From an uncultured Gammaproteobacteria bacterium (GTDB taxonomy: Bacteria; Patescibacteriota; Patescibacteriia; Patescibacteriales; GWC2-42-12): a DNA stretch of 64,000 nucleotides. A program made the position numbers and the translations under genes. Of this stretch, positions 60,884-64,000 are shown piece by piece (position 1 is the first letter of the stretch; each line of letters begins with the position of its first letter). A model generated the notes under the pieces. The model was not told where the DNA came from. It saw only the letters and a list, made by a program, of their open reading frames with translations, and made no database searches. Location of the stretch: positions 61,698-125,697 of the forward strand of contig CAYSKV010000001.1 of NCBI GenBank assembly GCA_964431805.1, written 5' to 3'.

Positions 60884-60920
60884 ATAACTTTCAACTTTAT
60901 GAACTTTTTAACTTTCAACT
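60884..60920. repeat. Right arm of the inverted repeat flanking the four-helix-bundle gene
   Basis: See 60516-60548. Confidence 0.6.
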
Positions 60921-60925
60921 ATTTA

Positions 60926-63900
60926 TTATTTCGCGCACCTAAAACCAATATTAGTTGATTGTTCGCTTGGCGAATGAGATAAATCAAGACCGTAAATTCC
61001 GGTCGAGCCGCGAACAAAAGCTTTTAAACCCGATGTTGAGCCAACATAAATTTTTCCTATATTATTATCTACGTCAGTTAAATAATAATCCGGCGCTATA
61101 TCTAAACCTTTATAATCGGATACATCGCTATATTCAAACCAATTATCTGCTAGCGGCGTTACCGGCAACCCAGCCACGGTTACATTTTTATTAGTCCACT
61201 CACCTACCTCACCCACTAAATTGTTAATTAAGTTATCATTGTTTAATTTGTAAGATATGGAAGTGGTGGCGAGTTGCATGCCAGCAATATTGGTATCGCT
61301 ATCATTGTCAGGATTTTGCAAAATATTTTCAGCGATAGTTAACCATTCATTTTCACCAATTAAGTGATAACCCGTGCCTAGAGTTTGGCAAGCGATTTGA
61401 GCTTCGCCCTGAGAGATATTAGTTTTGATTTGGTCTAATTCATCTTTCATTAAATCTGCTTGGACGCAGAAACCAGGCAAGGTGCCATATTTAGCTGAGC
61501 CAGGCACCCAGACAAAACCGTCTTCGCAATAACCCTCGAAAGCTCCGGCCACAACTTTGCCTTCAACGCCTAAATCAGCCATGGTTTCATCAACCGCTGA
61601 GTCTAGGGCGTTAGAGCAATAACCGCCGGCGCAGAGCATAATACGACCGTCAACTAACATTGAGCCTGCGACTTTAACTTCACCGCTTTGAGCTATATTC
61701 ATAATAGAGACGCCGTTAGCTTGAAAATCTGCGATATCGCCTGAACCTGATTGATTAACTATGAATGCGGTTTTAGTTGAGGAAGCGGTTATTTCGGTTA
61801 GTTCAACAATCTTAACTTCTGGCTCTTGGCCTGGTTCTGAGACTGAATCTTTACCGATTATGATGCTGCCGTTTTCATCAAACGACATTATATTCTCACC
61901 ATTCTGGTTTTGTAAAAATAGAGCTTGTGGAGTAATACCGCTGGCGGCTTCGGTAAAGCGGAAATTGTTGGCAAAAATTAAATCACCGACGTAGGAGTTA
62001 GTGGCGTGCAGAGTGCCTAAAACATCTAAATTACTGGCGATGGTTGAAGTACCGGTTCCGCCGACTTCGAGGAGGCCTGAGATATAGGCTGAATTATATT
62101 TATCGCCAGCGAGTAGATAGACCGGGGTGCTTGAACCAACCGTCAGAAGAGCTTGAGGAGAAGTTGTGCCGATGCCGACGTTGCCGCCTGCTTGAAAGGT
62201 GGTAACAACATCAGTAATATCAACATTATTATTATCATCCGCATTATCATTAAGAATATACATATCGCCTCGACCCCGAGTATTATCAGTTCGTTTAAAT
62301 GCAATTCCAGCCTTTGAATAATTAGCGCCTCCTCCCGTACCAAGATAACCCAACATTAAACCAGTCCATTGATTTTGCGTAATGTCTCCACCAATATGAG
62401 CCGCAAAAGAGTTGCCTGAAGTTGCCACAGTCAATTTATTTAATGGGGTCGTAATTCCGATGCCGACGTTAGTATTTTTTACTGTCAAAGTATCAGTAAA
62501 AGTGTTAGTCCCGGTTGGCGTAGCCAATGTTATTCTGGCTGATTGATAATTATTACTATCAAAAGTAGAATAGATGCGACCGCTATTATAAATTGTTCCT
62601 GGCCCGTTTGAAAGTTCACCCATAAAAACTATATCTTCTTGGGTAGATGCAGATCCTGATTTTTGCAAAGTTAAAAGGTTTTGCGCATTTGCCGTTCCAA
62701 TGCCTACATTACCATTTGCCAACACAGTCATTAAAGTTGAAGTTGATGTACCAGCCGTTGTTGAAGCTATAGTGAATAGAGGCGTGTTAACTGCTGTTGA
62801 TACAGAATTAGAAATAGATAACATAGAATAAGGCGAAGTCGTACCAACGCCCAATCTACCAGCTATAGCTGTATTAGGAATTGCCGAGTCATCAATAGTC
62901 AAAGCTGTACCCATTGTAGTTCTTAAATTTATTCCGGTCCAACCAAATAAATTTAAACCCGTCCCATTAGGACTGCTATTATTTATTTCTGCAAATGTCC
63001 CCATATCTATTTTATTGGCTGTAATAGTGCTTATAGATAATCCGCCTGTCATATGAACAGTGCCATCCCAAGTCATATACATAGATGCATTATTGCCAAA
63101 TGAATTGTCAAATCTAAAAATATCTTGACCGGCATTACCTGTTGGCGTGGTAACATAAAATTTAGCCGTAGGATTGGCAGCTCCAATTCCCACATTCCCA
63201 TTATTCGTTACCATTAAATATGTTGATGTCGCCACGCCGGCGGTTGAAGAAGCAATTATAAATAATGGAGTAGACCCGCCCAAAGTATTTTCTATTGATA
63301 ATTTTGCGTAAGGAGAAGAGGTGCCAATACCGACGTTGCCGTTAGTTAAAATAGAAATTCTTTCATTACCAGCGCCAGAAGCAGAGTCAAAGATGGATAA
63401 TCTTCCGTCATCAGAATTTTTGATAGACCAGGTTGAAGTGCCGATGTTTAGCGTACCGAACCAACCTTCGTTCCAACGATAAGTAGAAGTGCCGATGTTA
63501 TAGGTTAAATTAGCGCTTGGTAGAATATCTCCAGAAACTAATAATCCAGAACTAGTAATTGTTCCGGTAGCGGTTAGATTACCGGCAATATAGGCATCGC
63601 CGATTACAGATAGTTTAGTAAATGGTGAAGTTGTGCCGATGCCGACGTTGCCGCCTGCTTGAAAGGTGGTAACAACATCAGTAATATCAACATTATTATT
63701 ATCATCCGCATTATCATTAAGAATATACATATCGCCTCGACCCCGAGTATTATCAGTTCGTTTAAATGCAATTCCAGCCTTTGAATAATTAGCGCCTCCT
63801 CCCGTACCAAGATAACCCAACATTAAACCAGTCCATTGATTTTGCGTAATGTCTCCACCAATATGAGCCGCAAAAGAGTTGCCTGAAGTTGCCACAGTCA

Positions 63901-64000
63901 ATTTATTTAATGGGGTCGTAATTCCGATGCCGACGTTAGTATTTTTTACTGTCAAAGTATCAGTAAAAGTGTTAGTCCCGGTTGGCGTAGCCAATGTTAT
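60926..64000 (-). CDS. Giant repeat-rich surface protein (tail-fibre-like GNVGIGTxSP repeats) with C-terminal C-type-lectin/FGE-sulfatase-like domain; 5' end outside window
   Basis: The frame is open to the window edge, so the TTG start in the ORF track is an artefact. Recurrent NVGIGTTSPxxKLxV units. The C-terminal ~200 aa carry FVWVPG, GYHLIGENEW, VGEWTN and GFRCAK followed by the stop. Confidence 0.85.
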   Translation of the reverse strand: MTLATPTGTNTFTDTLTVKNTNVGIGITTPLNKLTVATSGNSFAAHIGGDITQNQWTGLMLGYLGTGGGANYSKAGIAFKRTDNTRGRGDMYILNDNADDNNNVDITDVVTTFQAGGNVGIGTTSPFTKLSVIGDAYIAGNLTATGTITSSGLLVSGDILPSANLTYNIGTSTYRWNEGWFGTLNIGTSTWSIKNSDDGRLSIFDSASGAGNERISILTNGNVGIGTSSPYAKLSIENTLGGSTPLFIIASSTAGVATSTYLMVTNNGNVGIGAANPTAKFYVTTPTGNAGQDIFRFDNSFGNNASMYMTWDGTVHMTGGLSISTITANKIDMGTFAEINNSSPNGTGLNLFGWTGINLRTTMGTALTIDDSAIPNTAIAGRLGVGTTSPYSMLSISNSVSTAVNTPLFTIASTTAGTSTSTLMTVLANGNVGIGTANAQNLLTLQKSGSASTQEDIVFMGELSNGPGTIYNSGRIYSTFDSNNYQSARITLATPTGTNTFTDTLTVKNTNVGIGITTPLNKLTVATSGNSFAAHIGGDITQNQWTGLMLGYLGTGGGANYSKAGIAFKRTDNTRGRGDMYILNDNADDNNNVDITDVVTTFQAGGNVGIGTTSPQALLTVGSSTPVYLLAGDKYNSAYISGLLEVGGTGTSTIASNLDVLGTLHATNSYVGDLIFANNFRFTEAASGITPQALFLQNQNGENIMSFDENGSIIIGKDSVSEPGQEPEVKIVELTEITASSTKTAFIVNQSGSGDIADFQANGVSIMNIAQSGEVKVAGSMLVDGRIMLCAGGYCSNALDSAVDETMADLGVEGKVVAGAFEGYCEDGFVWVPGSAKYGTLPGFCVQADLMKDELDQIKTNISQGEAQIACQTLGTGYHLIGENEWLTIAENILQNPDNDSDTNIAGMQLATTSISYKLNNDNLINNLVGEVGEWTNKNVTVAGLPVTPLADNWFEYSDVSDYKGLDIAPDYYLTDVDNNIGKIYVGSTSGLKAFVRGSTGIYGLDLSHSPSEQSTNIGFRCAK
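62160..62533. repeat. Perfect direct repeat, copy 1 (inside the giant gene)
   Basis: Identical base for base, as far as I compared, to 63627-64000. The offset of 1467 bp (489 codons) is in frame. Confidence 0.9.
63627..64000. repeat. Perfect direct repeat, copy 2 (truncated by the window edge)
   Basis: See 62160-62533. Identity continues to the last base of the window. Confidence 0.9.

Noticed and set aside
62143-62343. Identical short ORFs at 62143-62343 and 63604-63810 (MVREEALIIQRLELHL..).
   Set aside because: They are out-of-frame readings of the giant gene. Their only use is as a flag for the perfect internal DNA duplication.
1-64000. CRISPR arrays, tRNA, rRNA, tmRNA, RNase P, transposases, integrases.
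   Set aside because: I saw no regular repeat-spacer pattern, no tRNA-like T-arm (GGTTCGAATCC-like) motif, and no recognisable catalytic motif. Visual scanning cannot fully exclude small RNAs.
1-64000. Alternative genetic code (UGA recoding, as in some CPR lineages).
   Set aside because: Long ORFs are intact under the standard code, and TGA is used as an ordinary stop (for example 485-487 and 5611-5613).

Overview
64-kb AT-rich bacterial segment, about 30% GC by hand counts of sample lines, read with the standard genetic code. The gene content suggests a CPR/Patescibacteria (Parcubacteria-type) genome; that placement is inference. Supporting content: DUF4012 proteins, many GT1/GT2/GT-C glycosyltransferases, O-antigen-ligase/TPR membrane proteins, FemAB, a minimal housekeeping set, and almost no Shine-Dalgarno sequences.

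Layout, plus-strand block (0.6-50.8 kb, almost entirely plus strand):
- mreB
- a small accessory island: a membrane-protein ORF bracketed by a 29-bp perfect inverted repeat, then a type II R-M pair
- glycan locus 1 (4.4-18.2 kb)
- one GC-rich foreign-looking gene on the minus strand
- DUF4012 protein plus a surface protein
- tgt, mnmA, alaS
- infA-rpmJ-rpsM-rpsK-rpsD-rpoA-rplQ-rplM-rpsI
- glycan locus 2 (35.9-40.6 kb)
- greA, lysS, serS
- murF-like / DegT / FemAB / ftsQ-like

Transcription converges at about 51.2 kb. The minus-strand block then holds a SprT-like/NERD operon, glnA, an M23 peptidase, gltX, an FTR-like gene plus thioredoxin, a GT26-Nudix fusion, an Avd-family four-helix-bundle gene, and a >1000-aa repeat-rich surface protein that runs off the window.

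I recognised no rRNA, tRNA, CRISPR array, transposase, integrase or reverse transcriptase.

Most notable signals:
1. A five-copy, two-hairpin intergenic module with paired (compensatory) stem changes and one copy with a flipped loop.
2. A recurrent CCCCGTTAAAT / ATTTAACGGGG leader hairpin just downstream of TGnTATAAT promoters of three envelope-enzyme genes.
3. GC-rich hairpin repeats in inverted orientation bracketing the R-M cassette, and an HTH-methyltransferase fusion with a 19-bp palindrome over its promoter.
4. A DGR-like arrangement (C-type-lectin-fold C-terminus followed by an Avd-like gene) with no RT or template repeat in view.
5. A small accessory patch at the convergence point: a type-I-toxin-like peptide and a SprT-like + NERD + mini-ORF operon.

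Hairpin and promoter coordinates were indexed by hand and may be off by 1-2 nt. All family assignments come from motif recognition, not searches.
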